Positions 1 to 10,186 of a DNA stretch of 64,000 bases are shown here, piece by piece. How positions within the stretch are numbered: the first letter of the stretch is position 1; each line of letters starts with the position of its first letter. The stretch lies in IMG/VR virus record IMGVR_UViG_3300049846_000568, positions 81,809 to 145,808 of that record; one strand, 5' to 3'. The position numbers were made by a program, and so were the translations under genes. The notes below the pieces were generated by a model. The model searched no databases. It was not told where the DNA came from and saw only the letters and a program-made list of their open reading frames with translations. This stretch comes from a virus.

Positions 1-2049
1 TACAACTGTTGGATCTGATCGGCTCTTAATACGCTCAACAAACTGATTACGTTCAATCTCACTCTGAGAGAGGATATCGTTAGCGCCATCTGCGGTGTTG
101 TTGTTGATAACCCAGGATGGACGCCATGGAGATGAGAACGACCAACTACTGCTTAGCGTAAACTCATCACTATCATCAAGGGCACGGCCCTTCATAGCGT
201 ATAGGCAGATGTTGTACAGGAGCTTGTATGCGCCCTCTTGCGCCCAGGCACTCGCCATTTCAGCATAATCCTCTGGGGTACCGGCGTCGTACGCTGTATC
301 ACCAAGGTTTAAACTAACGAGCTGCCCAGTAGTTGGATGTGCCAAATAGTTTGTGGCGATATCGACGGTGTCAATAATGACCGAACCACCGGAACTGAAT
401 TCCCGACGAATCATTACAGGCTTGTATGTGGTGTCTGCGGAGCTTCTAGCCTTCAGAATTGTCTCGTAGTATGTTGGATTGCTGTAGATGTAGTGAGATG
501 CCCTATCTCCATTGCTGGACCAAACGGCCATCACATTAACTAGCGCCGGATGAAGAGAATTGTACTCGTCACCAGAGCCATCATTGAAGTCCCAACCGCC
601 AAGCTGTGTGTCGGCATCGAAAAAGATGTCTGTCGTATTCGAAACAGTAAGTGTGCCAAGAGCCGCATAGTCGTCATTTGCCCCAGGGTAATTGACAATA
701 GATCCGTCATATGGGTCTACGAAGCTTGTAAAAGTGCAGCCCAAACCCTGTGGAAGTGAACGTGTTCCGCACTCGATAATGAGAGTGCCGCCAAGCTGAC
801 GCGTAAAGTAATCAATCTTATTTAGGTAGGGTGTGAAATCAAACTCATATGTCTCAGGATGCCAGACAAGGATGTCGAACTCCTGCAGTTGCGACATGGT
901 GATTGTGTCGAAGTTGACATTCCAATATGTTGCGCTTGTCTTTTCGATTGCACCAGATGGGTTTGCTTTGTTGAGCTTCTCTGTAACTGGATTGATGAAC
1001 TGTAAATTGCCGGCGTTGTAATCACTGACACTCATGTTGTAGAAGACGTACGGAGCAATGGCTCTAGTTCCAGCGGTCCAATTTGGGTTTGTCCAGTTTG
1101 TGCTAACGGTACCGCAGCGAATAACCTGCTTTGATCTTGTAGGGTCGATTCTAACCTTCTCGGTAAAATCGCACGTTACGCGCCACCTAAAGAGCTGGAA
1201 CAATCTAGGATCGTTAACCGCTTTCTTGGGCACATATACCTTGTAGCCATCGGCGGCGGCCGTCTTGATGCCAAGGAGTTGCTCTTTTTGATTGGTCGGC
1301 TTTGTACTGTAAATTCGCTTGAATCTATTGGCCGGGTCGAAGACATCGCTCTCTTCTGGCACATACTGGTAGTAGTGTAGCGGATTTAGTACTTCTCTAT
1401 GATTGATGTTCTGGTTCTTAAACTGCCCATTTGTATCAATCTCTACCTTATTGTACTGAAGGTATAAATTCTCAGCCGTATCCGTATCAACGTAGGCGTA
1501 GACCCTGTAGGCGGTCTGGGCTTCTTCTGCCTCTTCAACCGCTCTCGCCACAGCGATTCTATACTTTGGCTTACCAGTCTCGTCTGTGTATTCCTTGCCG
1601 TTGTTGTCAACAACCTTTACGTTAGGAATGGTGAGAGGGTGGACCGTATCAAAAGACGAGTAACCCTTAATGTCTATGTGGAAGTACCGGCTTACGTGCA
1701 CGTAGGGAAGGATTGACTCAGCCGTGTATTCGTTACCGGGACGAAGTTCAAAATCCTCATTGATACTGAACACATCAGCGACGGATGGATATTCGTCAAA
1801 GATGGCCTGATTACCAAACTCATCCTGCAGAATACCGAGTTCGTCTGCGTACATGAGCTTACATGCGCCAAGCGTACCAGTTGTGTTTTCGGGCGTAATA
1901 TTCGATGTATCGATGATGATCAGATTGTTCTCCGGGTTAAGAGCGGGGGCCTTAACCCAAGACAGATTTACATCACCATCAGGAACACGGACACCCCTAC
2001 GAATGGCCTTTTCGTTACCCGCAGTAGATTGGTTGCGAAATCTGTCCAT
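1..2049 (-). CDS. Large virion structural protein (baseplate/tail associated), truncated at window edge
   Basis: Not in the ORF track because it has no stop in the window. ATG at 2049 (MDRFRNQSTAGNEKAIRRG...) lies 3 nt after the stop of the upstream gene, and the frame reads open to position 1. Beta-rich, Tyr/Asp/Asn-rich; follows baseplate genes. Confidence 0.75.
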   Translation of the reverse strand, partial: MDRFRNQSTAGNEKAIRRGVRVPDGDVNLSWVKAPALNPENNLIIIDTSNITPENTTGTLGACKLMYADELGILQDEFGNQAIFDEYPSVADVFSINEDFELRPGNEYTAESILPYVHVSRYFHIDIKGYSSFDTVHPLTIPNVKVVDNNGKEYTDETGKPKYRIAVARAVEEAEEAQTAYRVYAYVDTDTAENLYLQYNKVEIDTNGQFKNQNINHREVLNPLHYYQYVPEESDVFDPANRFKRIYSTKPTNQKEQLLGIKTAAADGYKVYVPKKAVNDPRLFQLFRWRVTCDFTEKVRIDPTRSKQVIRCGTVSTNWTNPNWTAGTRAIAPYVFYNMSVSDYNAGNLQFINPVTEKLNKANPSGAIEKTSATYWNVNFDTITMSQLQEFDILVWHPETYEFDFTPYLNKIDYFTRQLGGTLIIECGTRSLPQGLGCTFTSFVDPYDGSIVNYPGANDDYAALGTLTVSNTTDIFFDADTQLGGWDFNDGSGDEYNSLHPALVNVMAVWSSNGDRASHYIYSNPTYYETILKARSSADTTYKPVMIRREFSSGGSVIIDTVDIATNYLAHPTTGQLVSLNLGDTAYDAGTPEDYAEMASAWAQEGAYKLLYNICLYAMKGRALDDSDEFTLSSSWSFSSPWRPSWVINNNTADGANDILSQSEIERNQFVERIKSRSDPTVV

Positions 2050-2052
2050 GTA

Positions 2053-5000
2053 CTAAAACTCCCTATAATCGGGGCGTGCTTCTGTTAGGTCGTTCACTGA
2101 TGTGGGCGTTCTCAATGGTCCCAGTGCGCCGAGCTGATACTGGCGATATCTATCGACCGCATACCAATCAGATGGGTTAACTTCCCATGTTACTGGTGTC
2201 GCTGGCGCGAGTGGTGTAGCCTCATCGTAGAAGGTTGGCCAAGCGTAGGTACCGTTGGGGGCCAAATCTGGAATGGTCTCTGTTCTCTCACTGAACTGAA
2301 CGGCGTTGCGGGGTAGACCATTAAGGTTTTCGACTCCATGAATCGAATCGATATACTCAACCCAGAACACAACATCGCCAGTCAAGCTCCAGTCTGGTGT
2401 TGCCGGGTCATTCCAGCCACCCGGAGTGGCGCCATACCCATCAATACTGCCATAAGCCCTGACATTGTCTATAGTAATCCCATCATCGGTTATAGCAAAC
2501 CCGTGATCAGAAGCCGATACATTTCCTGCTTGCACCGTCCAAGAATCCACCAATACACCATTGATATACCACTCTATTGACGTGCCCTCAAACACTGCCC
2601 TAACAGTATCCCCGTCCGCATATGGGACTCCTGTATCGTTAAATACAACCGGACCGCCACCGTCTACCTCGAATACTTGCCAGTTGGCACCGTATCCACT
2701 AGCTACACCAATACCGAGATACTGATTGGAATTCAGGTAACGGACATACATGAGATCGCCGCTACCGCCTACAGTACCGCCAGAGAATGTCCAAGTTGAT
2801 TCTACCGAACCATCAGCCTCACAGGTGGCAAATGCCTGACCTCCACCCGATGCTGGGAAGGTCTCCACCTTGTTGTTGTACACCCTAAAAATTGAGGGAC
2901 CAAAACCACTCCACGGTCCACCAAGCTCGGCGTTGTGGTTCTGGAGATCTTTATTGTTGATGTCGGTGAAAGTATCAATCAAAACGGGAGAATGATACGA
3001 CATGTTTGGTGATGCTGTCTCACTCTCTAGGGCCACCATCCAATAACCTGGAGACCATGGCGTAGCGGCCATAAATGGTCCTACGTTGAAGACACCGTTT
3101 TCATCGGCCACAACTCGACCAGCCTCATTGTCCCAACCGGGAGACGCCGCGGCAGTTTCGTACTGGGTCGTCCAAACATCCTTCATATAGCGGCCCTTAC
3201 GCCAATAAACTACGGCATAAGGTACTGGTGTATGTGAATCATCTTCAACTCGACCATATAGCTCAACACTAGAATTGCCGTCAGCGGGAATCTGCTGAAC
3301 ATTTGGCACTGCTGCAAGTGTATAGGTTGGCGTCGCCTTTGGAGTAATGTGGTAGTTCACAGTTGCCGACGCATCACCCGATACTGTCACCATACCGGAG
3401 AGGTCCGTGTTTGTGCTGGCCGATAGAAGCTTAACCACAGCAAAACCGTCATCATTTGTTGTTACGGTTGTATAATCAAGCGTACCAAATGTGGTGCCGA
3501 GATTGAATGTGGCGTTGGGCTTTGGATTGCCATGAATATCTAACGACAGAAGCGTAACTATCAAGTAGTCTTGACCATCAGCGATAATGCTTGATGGGCT
3601 AATCCTTACCTCAACCTTATCCAAATCATACTCATTGTGGGAGATATAGATAAAGCCCTCATCAAGTACTGTATAGAAGGTGCTCAACGGAAGCTGGACC
3701 GGTGTAGCTGGATCGAACTTTGAGATCTCGTAGTTAATCGAAACCTCAGCGGGCAGTTCCTGATCAAACACCAATCGAGTCTTATTTTGGTTATCTACAT
3801 CCACATATTCGTGATCTGCGTAGAACGAGCGACTGACCTTGTAAGTCAACTCATATTCATGATCAACGTTTGTATTGTCTGATGTAGTAATTGCGTTAGT
3901 TTCCGTAAAGGTGGCTGCTGCTACTGTTTCGCCAGTATTAAGGTTGGTTACTGATATGTCGTAAATATCTTCATAAGCAGCATATAGGACCGTTGAACCT
4001 GTACCATAGACCGTTTGAGTGGTGTATTGGGTAAATCCTGGTGTCGCCTCGTCCCAAAAGGCGACCTGCCTATACTCCCTAGGTGTCAGCTCGTTTGTCT
4101 TAACGATGATTGGGGCACCCTGGCGAGCAACCCTTGAAAGGATCTTCGCGTCTGATGTAATTGTCGCTGTCTCTTCGGATGGCGTAGCATAGAAGTAGTA
4201 TTCGTCGTTACGATCGTAGAACCACCCAGAATGAACCTGCGGATACCACTGCTCTGGGATATTTGGGTTCAATCTTGCGCGAACCACAAATGGTCCATAC
4301 GAATATACGCCCCCATCTAGTGTTTCATCTACGGCGTTAGCGGGGTACGTAACTGCGGTGCCGTCATCGAATGATGGTTGCACTGTGTTAGAGTCGAGCC
4401 ATACAATTACCCGACCATTGTCAATTGACTCCACGCCAATCCAAGTTACAACGTAATCTTCCGTATTTGGAATGCCGAAGTCATCCCTACTAACCGTCAT
4501 CGTCTCTAGATTATAGTTTGAGTTCCCTGGTTGTGGAGCAATTCCATTACGCCATGGGCCATTCTCGTCAACGACACCACTAAAGGTGTTTAGGCAGTCA
4601 TACTCAAATAGCTCCCAGTACGGGCAGTTGGCTACGGGGTAAAGAGCACCAACTGGTGTGGCGTTTTCGTCAACAGCCTCAAACACAAACTCTGCAGTAT
4701 CTGCCGTAAATGTCTTTTGTCCGTTAGTCCAAGTCGAAGACCCATTACAACGAACATACTCTGCGGGGATGAACAGGCCTGAACCGTCTACATCTGTTGT
4801 GTAGCCACCATAGCTATTGTTATCGTCTGCGTCTGTTGTAACAATCTGAACCTTATAGGTACGGAGTCCGGTCTCGTATGGGTGCCAAATTATTGCTGGT
4901 ACAGGAATGGTAAAGCTTTGTAGTCCTTGGTCCGGAAGTGCCCCATTGATAGATACGGTATAGCGGTGCTTATCTGAGACCCACGTATCAGTGGAAGAAG

Positions 5001-7089
5001 CCGTTTCCTTGCTCTCCATTGAAATCGACACCGGGTGGAATGCAGAGATAAGGGGGGTAGAACCACCATCAATCGTAATTGGTGTGGCGCCGTCTGCGTA
5101 TTCTAGCAGGGATGTTGTATCGCCACTAAACCAAGCGGTGTAGGTATCGCTCGATGGCATATACGCATAGTATGGCGAGCCGCCGTTGTAGTGCCAGTTG
5201 CCATTATAGATCTTGCAGCTTGTGATGTCCGCCCAAGTAAAACTATAGCTTGAGCTTACCGTATGTTCGCCACCGGTAGAGTCAACCCAAATCATCCCAG
5301 GGACACTCTGTCCGTCCTGAGTCATGAAGAAGTGCTCAACTACGCTATTTGTAGTAGGTGTTGCGGACTGCTCACCGTTATTTGTTGTGAGCGAGAAAAT
5401 GTGACGAAGAGTTCCCTTGCCAGTAACAGCAAGCTCGATGGTAAAGTATGCGGTTGTATCCGGGTTCTCGTACTTAGTGTAAGGTACTTCACCCCAAATA
5501 TTAACGTCAAAGGTGATCTTACGAAACTCGTCGCGTGTCTGCTTCCTGCGACCACGCAGCTTTACGTGTCCCGTAAACTCTCTAGCACCTGTTACCTCAT
5601 CTGGGCGATAGACATATAGATCGTTACCGTCACCAATACCAGACTGCGTATCATCATCATCAAGTGGAGTAGCATCATATCTGCGCGCTAGTTCGGAATA
5701 ACCTTCGCCTTCCTGTCCACCAGCATCCCATGTAATGTTGCCCCAAACAAAGTTGCCCCACGTACTTGGATACTCTTTGGCCAAGGATTGAATTAAGTTG
5801 ATGAACTTCTGTGTCGGCACGCCGTCAAGGCCAACAAAGTCTGTATGATTCTCCAGGTCATCAATCTCATACACCTCAGGAGTTGCCCCTGGGAAGTAAG
5901 AATCCGGTGTGGAGTCTACAGGATCCTGGAAGTACTGCCACAAACTAAGCTCTCGCCTAAGGGCCAACTTGAACGCCTCTACACCAACACCTGGCTTGTT
6001 GATAAACACATCAAGAATACGACCCTTGAAGTATTCGTTTGTCTCAAGATGGAGTCTACTAAGGTCTACCTTTAGGCCAAACTCGTCAAACCAGTTCCAG
6101 ATATGGTGTGGCGATGCAGTATAGGCACTGTAGTTGATGAGGATTTCATCATAGTTCTTGTTGAGGAAGATGACGTCCTCAACATCGTCATGCCAAAAAC
6201 CATATTCGTCATCTGTAAGATCGTAGAAGTCTTCCAAATTAGAACAACGAGACAGTTCAACACCATCACCACTAATCTGGTAAACGGCATTTGGCACGTC
6301 TGCAATGATGTAGATCCAAGCCTTCTGGTTTACGTCTGCCGTGTTGATAAACTGCTGAGCGTAGACGTAAGCTATATCATCTCGAAGGTCATCTAACCAC
6401 TCGCCAGCAACTGCACTAAGCAGCATGCCGGATAGCGAGGTTGGGGTGGCCAGTTCAGGTGTTGCGGGATCTTCGTTCTCAATCTCGCGAACGGCCATCC
6501 ACTCAGGAAACTTGTTCTGAATATCACGAACAGACTTGTAGGAAGGCTTGCCCTGAAGCGGTTCGCCAATCCTGACCCTAATGATAAGTTCGACATCCGC
6601 TGACGAAAAGTCCTGATCACTACTAAGGCGAAGAACTACCCTACCATAACGATATGAGGATACCTCACCAATGTAATCAAGGTTTGTAACGCCAGCCTTA
6701 AATGCCCACTCATCGGGAAACTGCGCCGTAGCATCATCTATCGTATACAGGTCAAGAGCGCAGTTAACATCCGCTACACCGTTCAGTGTGGAAAAAGTAA
6801 TGTCATAGTCTACAACATCAATACGACCAGATTGGTCAATAAACCTGTCATTGTCGATGATACCAATCTCTGTCTCTGTGGCGGAGAGCTGGTCATAGCC
6901 GACATATGTGTTATTACCTAAGCTGTCAAGACCGTAATTAGACTTAATTGTAGAGTAGTTGCGGTAAGATGGCGTCGCCATCTCGGATGCGGCACTCTGG
7001 TTATCGTAGAAATCGATGATACCAGAAGTCCAAGTGTTATCACTTTTTGTAAAGTCTTCTGTAACAAGTCTTAGGTAATAGGTCTTCAA
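2053..7089 (-). CDS. Baseplate wedge (gpI/gp7-like) protein extended with Ig-like/invasin domains and a ConA-like lectin domain; carries 17 ATP motifs
   Basis: TTG start, 1678 aa. WFDEFGLKVDLSRLHLETNEYFKGRILD resembles the wedge 'LD..G..R..ETD..yr.RI' pattern. Big-1-like segments (IIADGQD...TTNDDGFAVV; IPADGNSS...ADENGVF). Lectin-like sandwich near 2440-2990. Downstream of baseplate J. Confidence 0.65.
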   Translation of the reverse strand: MKTYYLRLVTEDFTKSDNTWTSGIIDFYDNQSAASEMATPSYRNYSTIKSNYGLDSLGNNTYVGYDQLSATETEIGIIDNDRFIDQSGRIDVVDYDITFSTLNGVADVNCALDLYTIDDATAQFPDEWAFKAGVTNLDYIGEVSSYRYGRVVLRLSSDQDFSSADVELIIRVRIGEPLQGKPSYKSVRDIQNKFPEWMAVREIENEDPATPELATPTSLSGMLLSAVAGEWLDDLRDDIAYVYAQQFINTADVNQKAWIYIIADVPNAVYQISGDGVELSRCSNLEDFYDLTDDEYGFWHDDVEDVIFLNKNYDEILINYSAYTASPHHIWNWFDEFGLKVDLSRLHLETNEYFKGRILDVFINKPGVGVEAFKLALRRELSLWQYFQDPVDSTPDSYFPGATPEVYEIDDLENHTDFVGLDGVPTQKFINLIQSLAKEYPSTWGNFVWGNITWDAGGQEGEGYSELARRYDATPLDDDDTQSGIGDGNDLYVYRPDEVTGAREFTGHVKLRGRRKQTRDEFRKITFDVNIWGEVPYTKYENPDTTAYFTIELAVTGKGTLRHIFSLTTNNGEQSATPTTNSVVEHFFMTQDGQSVPGMIWVDSTGGEHTVSSSYSFTWADITSCKIYNGNWHYNGGSPYYAYMPSSDTYTAWFSGDTTSLLEYADGATPITIDGGSTPLISAFHPVSISMESKETASSTDTWVSDKHRYTVSINGALPDQGLQSFTIPVPAIIWHPYETGLRTYKVQIVTTDADDNNSYGGYTTDVDGSGLFIPAEYVRCNGSSTWTNGQKTFTADTAEFVFEAVDENATPVGALYPVANCPYWELFEYDCLNTFSGVVDENGPWRNGIAPQPGNSNYNLETMTVSRDDFGIPNTEDYVVTWIGVESIDNGRVIVWLDSNTVQPSFDDGTAVTYPANAVDETLDGGVYSYGPFVVRARLNPNIPEQWYPQVHSGWFYDRNDEYYFYATPSEETATITSDAKILSRVARQGAPIIVKTNELTPREYRQVAFWDEATPGFTQYTTQTVYGTGSTVLYAAYEDIYDISVTNLNTGETVAAATFTETNAITTSDNTNVDHEYELTYKVSRSFYADHEYVDVDNQNKTRLVFDQELPAEVSINYEISKFDPATPVQLPLSTFYTVLDEGFIYISHNEYDLDKVEVRISPSSIIADGQDYLIVTLLSLDIHGNPKPNATFNLGTTFGTLDYTTVTTNDDGFAVVKLLSASTNTDLSGMVTVSGDASATVNYHITPKATPTYTLAAVPNVQQIPADGNSSVELYGRVEDDSHTPVPYAVVYWRKGRYMKDVWTTQYETAAASPGWDNEAGRVVADENGVFNVGPFMAATPWSPGYWMVALESETASPNMSYHSPVLIDTFTDINNKDLQNHNAELGGPWSGFGPSIFRVYNNKVETFPASGGGQAFATCEADGSVESTWTFSGGTVGGSGDLMYVRYLNSNQYLGIGVASGYGANWQVFEVDGGGPVVFNDTGVPYADGDTVRAVFEGTSIEWYINGVLVDSWTVQAGNVSASDHGFAITDDGITIDNVRAYGSIDGYGATPGGWNDPATPDWSLTGDVVFWVEYIDSIHGVENLNGLPRNAVQFSERTETIPDLAPNGTYAWPTFYDEATPLAPATPVTWEVNPSDWYAVDRYRQYQLGALGPLRTPTSVNDLTEARPDYREF

Positions 7090-7099
7090 CTTCTACCCT

Positions 7100-8287
7100 T
7101 TAGTTGTCTAAGTAGATCGTGTGCTCCGAAGTTACTCCGTGAACTGGATGGACGAACTGCAAGTGCTGAGATGGTCTGCCCATAACGGCAAGGGTCTCTT
7201 GCGCATAAGTGTTGTAACTTTCGGGCGACCCACTGATCCTGAGGATTGAGCTACCAAGAGTCATCTTGCAGTTCTGGTGATAATGCCCCATGAATACGTC
7301 ACCGAAAGGTTCGGGCACTGCGCCATCCTTCCAACCCATTACCTTCTTGTAGTAGGTGTGGCTAGACGTAGGAGGAGGTAGCTGGTCTCCGTGTATTAGT
7401 AACGTGCCATACTCGCCAATGGTATCAACAGCGTAGAAATTGCTTTCGCCATGACCATCTGGGATATCAAAGGTTACTCTTGGCTCATTTGCAAACATGT
7501 GCTCCACAATCTTGTAGAGCAGTCTGTCCATATTTGTCTCAGAGTTGTACTCTCTCCTACTGCGGCCACCAATTGATCCATGGTTGCCAATTACGCCAAC
7601 AAAGTGAACGTGCTCAAACTCCTGTAGAAGTCTGAGAATCATGTCTCGGATAATCTCCGGACCATTTACACCCACCTGCTTATACAGGCTTGAATCGATT
7701 AGGTGTGACTGACCAGAGAAGATATCCTCACCCTCAACAATGTCACCAATAAACCAAAGGTGGATATCTCTTACGGGATGATCTGCCCTCTGAACATTTG
7801 TTACCTCAATAATTCTCTCTGTATACTTAGCAATTCTCTCGCGGCATACTTCTGAGTTGTAGGTAGGGGTAACCTTGCCTAGCTGCCAGTCAGCGCAAAC
7901 GGCTACTGCTGTTTCCTCGTCTCCACCAGAATAGCGAATCTTTGGCGGATCAACCTGAGGCGGGCGGATCTTCTCTACAGCCTCCTTCATAGCATCGTAC
8001 ACGGCGTCAACAGCGTGATGCTTGATGATCTTGTGCTTGTCTGCCAATCGGGCGAGACGAACTACCTCTTTACGAAGGAAGATGACTTCCTCTTCAAGAT
8101 CTAGGTCGTCTAGACTATATGCTGGGGCCACGCTTTTAGCGACAGCTTCAGCAACATCTTGAGTCCAAGCTCTACGCTTCGCTTCATTCTCCGCGTTTCG
8201 CTTACATCTAGGACCGCAATACTTTTGATTGTGTACTACCGGCTCAAAAGTGTTGCTGCAATCTGGTCCAGCGCATTCTCTATCCAT
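7100..8287 (-). CDS. Calcineurin-like metallophosphoesterase with N-terminal Cys4 zinc ribbon and coiled coil
   Basis: Motifs ADWQLG, GDIVEG, GNHG, HGD, GHYH in the canonical order; N-terminal CAGPDC...CGPRC. Confidence 0.85.
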   Translation of the reverse strand: MDRECAGPDCSNTFEPVVHNQKYCGPRCKRNAENEAKRRAWTQDVAEAVAKSVAPAYSLDDLDLEEEVIFLRKEVVRLARLADKHKIIKHHAVDAVYDAMKEAVEKIRPPQVDPPKIRYSGGDEETAVAVCADWQLGKVTPTYNSEVCRERIAKYTERIIEVTNVQRADHPVRDIHLWFIGDIVEGEDIFSGQSHLIDSSLYKQVGVNGPEIIRDMILRLLQEFEHVHFVGVIGNHGSIGGRSRREYNSETNMDRLLYKIVEHMFANEPRVTFDIPDGHGESNFYAVDTIGEYGTLLIHGDQLPPPTSSHTYYKKVMGWKDGAVPEPFGDVFMGHYHQNCKMTLGSSILRISGSPESYNTYAQETLAVMGRPSQHLQFVHPVHGVTSEHTIYLDN

Positions 8288-8299
8288 AAACCTTCTTCT

Positions 8300-9439
8300 T
8301 TATGAGGCTATCTGTATTGTGATGCTACCAGGGATTACCTGCTCGTCGTCTTTGACTACGTAGTTCCTACGAATTGTCTCAACGCCGCGCGGTGCGAATC
8401 TATTGATACGCACGTCCTGGATAGCGGATGATGTGTCCATGATCGCCTGGATGAGTCTATTATACACCAAAGTATCGCCCGGAAGAAGCGAATTGATGTA
8501 ACGCATCACTGAAACTCTGACCATGTCTGCTAGGTTGTCTTCAACAACCGAAGATCCTAGCACAATCGATACTGAGATATCAACCAGGATCGTGCTCGGT
8601 TCCTTAACAATCATTCGTACGCCAACTGGCCGTACTTGGTCCATCGCAACTTTAGCCGAGGCGTAGACACCCACCGATGAGGTCGGGTTCTCCGCGATTA
8701 CAAGAGCTTCAAAGGTTCCCATACCATAAGGAGCCTGGCGAATCTTCACATCGCGTACACCATTGACATTTAGGGCGGCGAACCTAACTGCATCTGAAGT
8801 TCCGGAACTTGCTACACGGATAGCCTTAACTAGTCGTACTCGGAAGTTTTGATCGCTCTCATATCCAGGCTGTGGAGCAATAGCCTTAGGGTTTGTACAG
8901 TTTACCGTAGTACCTGGAGGAGAGGTAAAGTTATGGGTAGTCAGCGTATTAGCGGCGGCGCTGAACATCCCGTCGCTGAAACTTGGACGAATCGAAGCAA
9001 AGACCTTTGTACGGCCCGCCTGAATGATCGCCTCGGCCGTTGTATCGAACGCGAGCTGCCTACCAATGAACGAATCTATTCCCGTATATACCCGAGTTCC
9101 TGAAGGAATGACAATATCGGAACCATAAGGCGTATCAATGTAGAAATAAAACGCTCCAAGCTGCGCATTAACGGCAGCCATATCCGATAAAGTACGGCGT
9201 CTAATGCCATAGAGTTCCCCCAAAAGATCTAATGATCTACCTGTAGCGGTAGAAATAACAGACTGAGCAAGGTTGTACTCTAAGGCATCATACATGTCGC
9301 CCAACTGCTCACTAATGGCCTCGGTAAATGCCCGTGCTACAGAACCTGGACTAGTAGAAGTGATGGGAGTATCCTTCTCAAGCCGCCAAAGGGCCTCTCT
9401 CAAGATCTCTGCTCGTCTCTTTCTAGCATAAATTGCCAT
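8300..9439 (-). CDS. Baseplate J/gp47-like wedge protein
   Basis: PGSVARAF, ATGRSLDLLGELYGIRR, ESDQNFRVRL, VRPVGV motifs; 379 aa; follows the gp25-like gene. Confidence 0.9.
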   Translation of the reverse strand: MAIYARKRRAEILREALWRLEKDTPITSTSPGSVARAFTEAISEQLGDMYDALEYNLAQSVISTATGRSLDLLGELYGIRRRTLSDMAAVNAQLGAFYFYIDTPYGSDIVIPSGTRVYTGIDSFIGRQLAFDTTAEAIIQAGRTKVFASIRPSFSDGMFSAAANTLTTHNFTSPPGTTVNCTNPKAIAPQPGYESDQNFRVRLVKAIRVASSGTSDAVRFAALNVNGVRDVKIRQAPYGMGTFEALVIAENPTSSVGVYASAKVAMDQVRPVGVRMIVKEPSTILVDISVSIVLGSSVVEDNLADMVRVSVMRYINSLLPGDTLVYNRLIQAIMDTSSAIQDVRINRFAPRGVETIRRNYVVKDDEQVIPGSITIQIAS

Positions 9440-9819
9440 TACTGAACCCCTAAGTCTTGCTCTACGGATAGGATCAGCTGACTGCGTGATCCACTTTCAA
9501 TGAAGATATCAAATCTAATCGTTTGTGGACCGGTCGGCACTGCGTTGATCCTGATCGGCTTACCAATAAATCGTCCCTCCCTATTGAGAGCCTCCTCTAT
9601 CAATGCCGCCCCATACTGTCCTGTAGCCTCTGTTTGGGGCATGCCGAAGAGCTGCGAAAGCTCCGTACCCAGTGTGGGATATAGTACAAAGTCAGCGGGC
9701 TCTGTCTTCACGCGTATATAAGCCTGCTGTGCGTCGTCTCGCCACGGTGATTCCGTTATCGCAATATCGCCAGAAGGGCTCACCTTAATGTCCCCATCTT
9801 CAGAGAAATACCAATCCAT
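9439..9819 (-). CDS. Baseplate wedge subunit, gp25/gpW-like
   Basis: 126 aa; DGDI...GDI and 'YPTLGTELSQLFG' pattern; immediately upstream of J. Confidence 0.8.
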   Translation of the reverse strand: MDWYFSEDGDIKVSPSGDIAITESPWRDDAQQAYIRVKTEPADFVLYPTLGTELSQLFGMPQTEATGQYGAALIEEALNREGRFIGKPIRINAVPTGPQTIRFDIFIESGSRSQLILSVEQDLGVQ

Positions 9820-10178
9820 TATACCTCTTCCTCCAGGAAGTCATCAAAGCCTCTAAAGATGCCAACGCCCTCTTCGGGGTCGTATTCGTAGAAAGCAGGC
9901 TCAGTAAACTTAGTAGCACGATCGTTGAAGGTTCGCTTGTTCCAAACCAGTCCACCATGATCCTTGGTTAGGAACTTGATCTTATCAGCAACAAATGTGA
10001 TGCTGCGGTTTTGTGGGTGCAGGATGATAGCCAAACCCTCACCAGCTACAATCTCAACGTCACCAGAGTCCGTCAACCTAACAAAAGCGTTTGTGAACTG
10101 ATGCGTAATGCCCACCTCCGTGGGACTATACCGCTCATGCTCTGCGATCTTGAATGTAGGTCTTTCAATCCTGTCCAT
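9819..10178 (-). CDS. Putative baseplate spike C-terminal part / hypothetical structural protein
   Basis: 119 aa with short beta repeats (FVRLTDSGDVEIVAGEG); lies between the OB-fold spike gene and the gp25-like gene. Confidence 0.5.
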   Translation of the reverse strand: MDRIERPTFKIAEHERYSPTEVGITHQFTNAFVRLTDSGDVEIVAGEGLAIILHPQNRSITFVADKIKFLTKDHGGLVWNKRTFNDRATKFTEPAFYEYDPEEGVGIFRGFDDFLEEEV

Positions 10179-10186
10179 TACACATC

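Noticed and set aside
337-2056. Short ORFs on both strands in the first 2 kb
   Set aside because: They are shadows of one long minus-strand gene (start 2049) that runs off the window.
2053-7089. ATP motif as a DNA-level repeat or a nucleotide-binding signal
   Set aside because: Codons vary between copies; the letters denote Ala-Thr-Pro, and no Walker A motif was seen.
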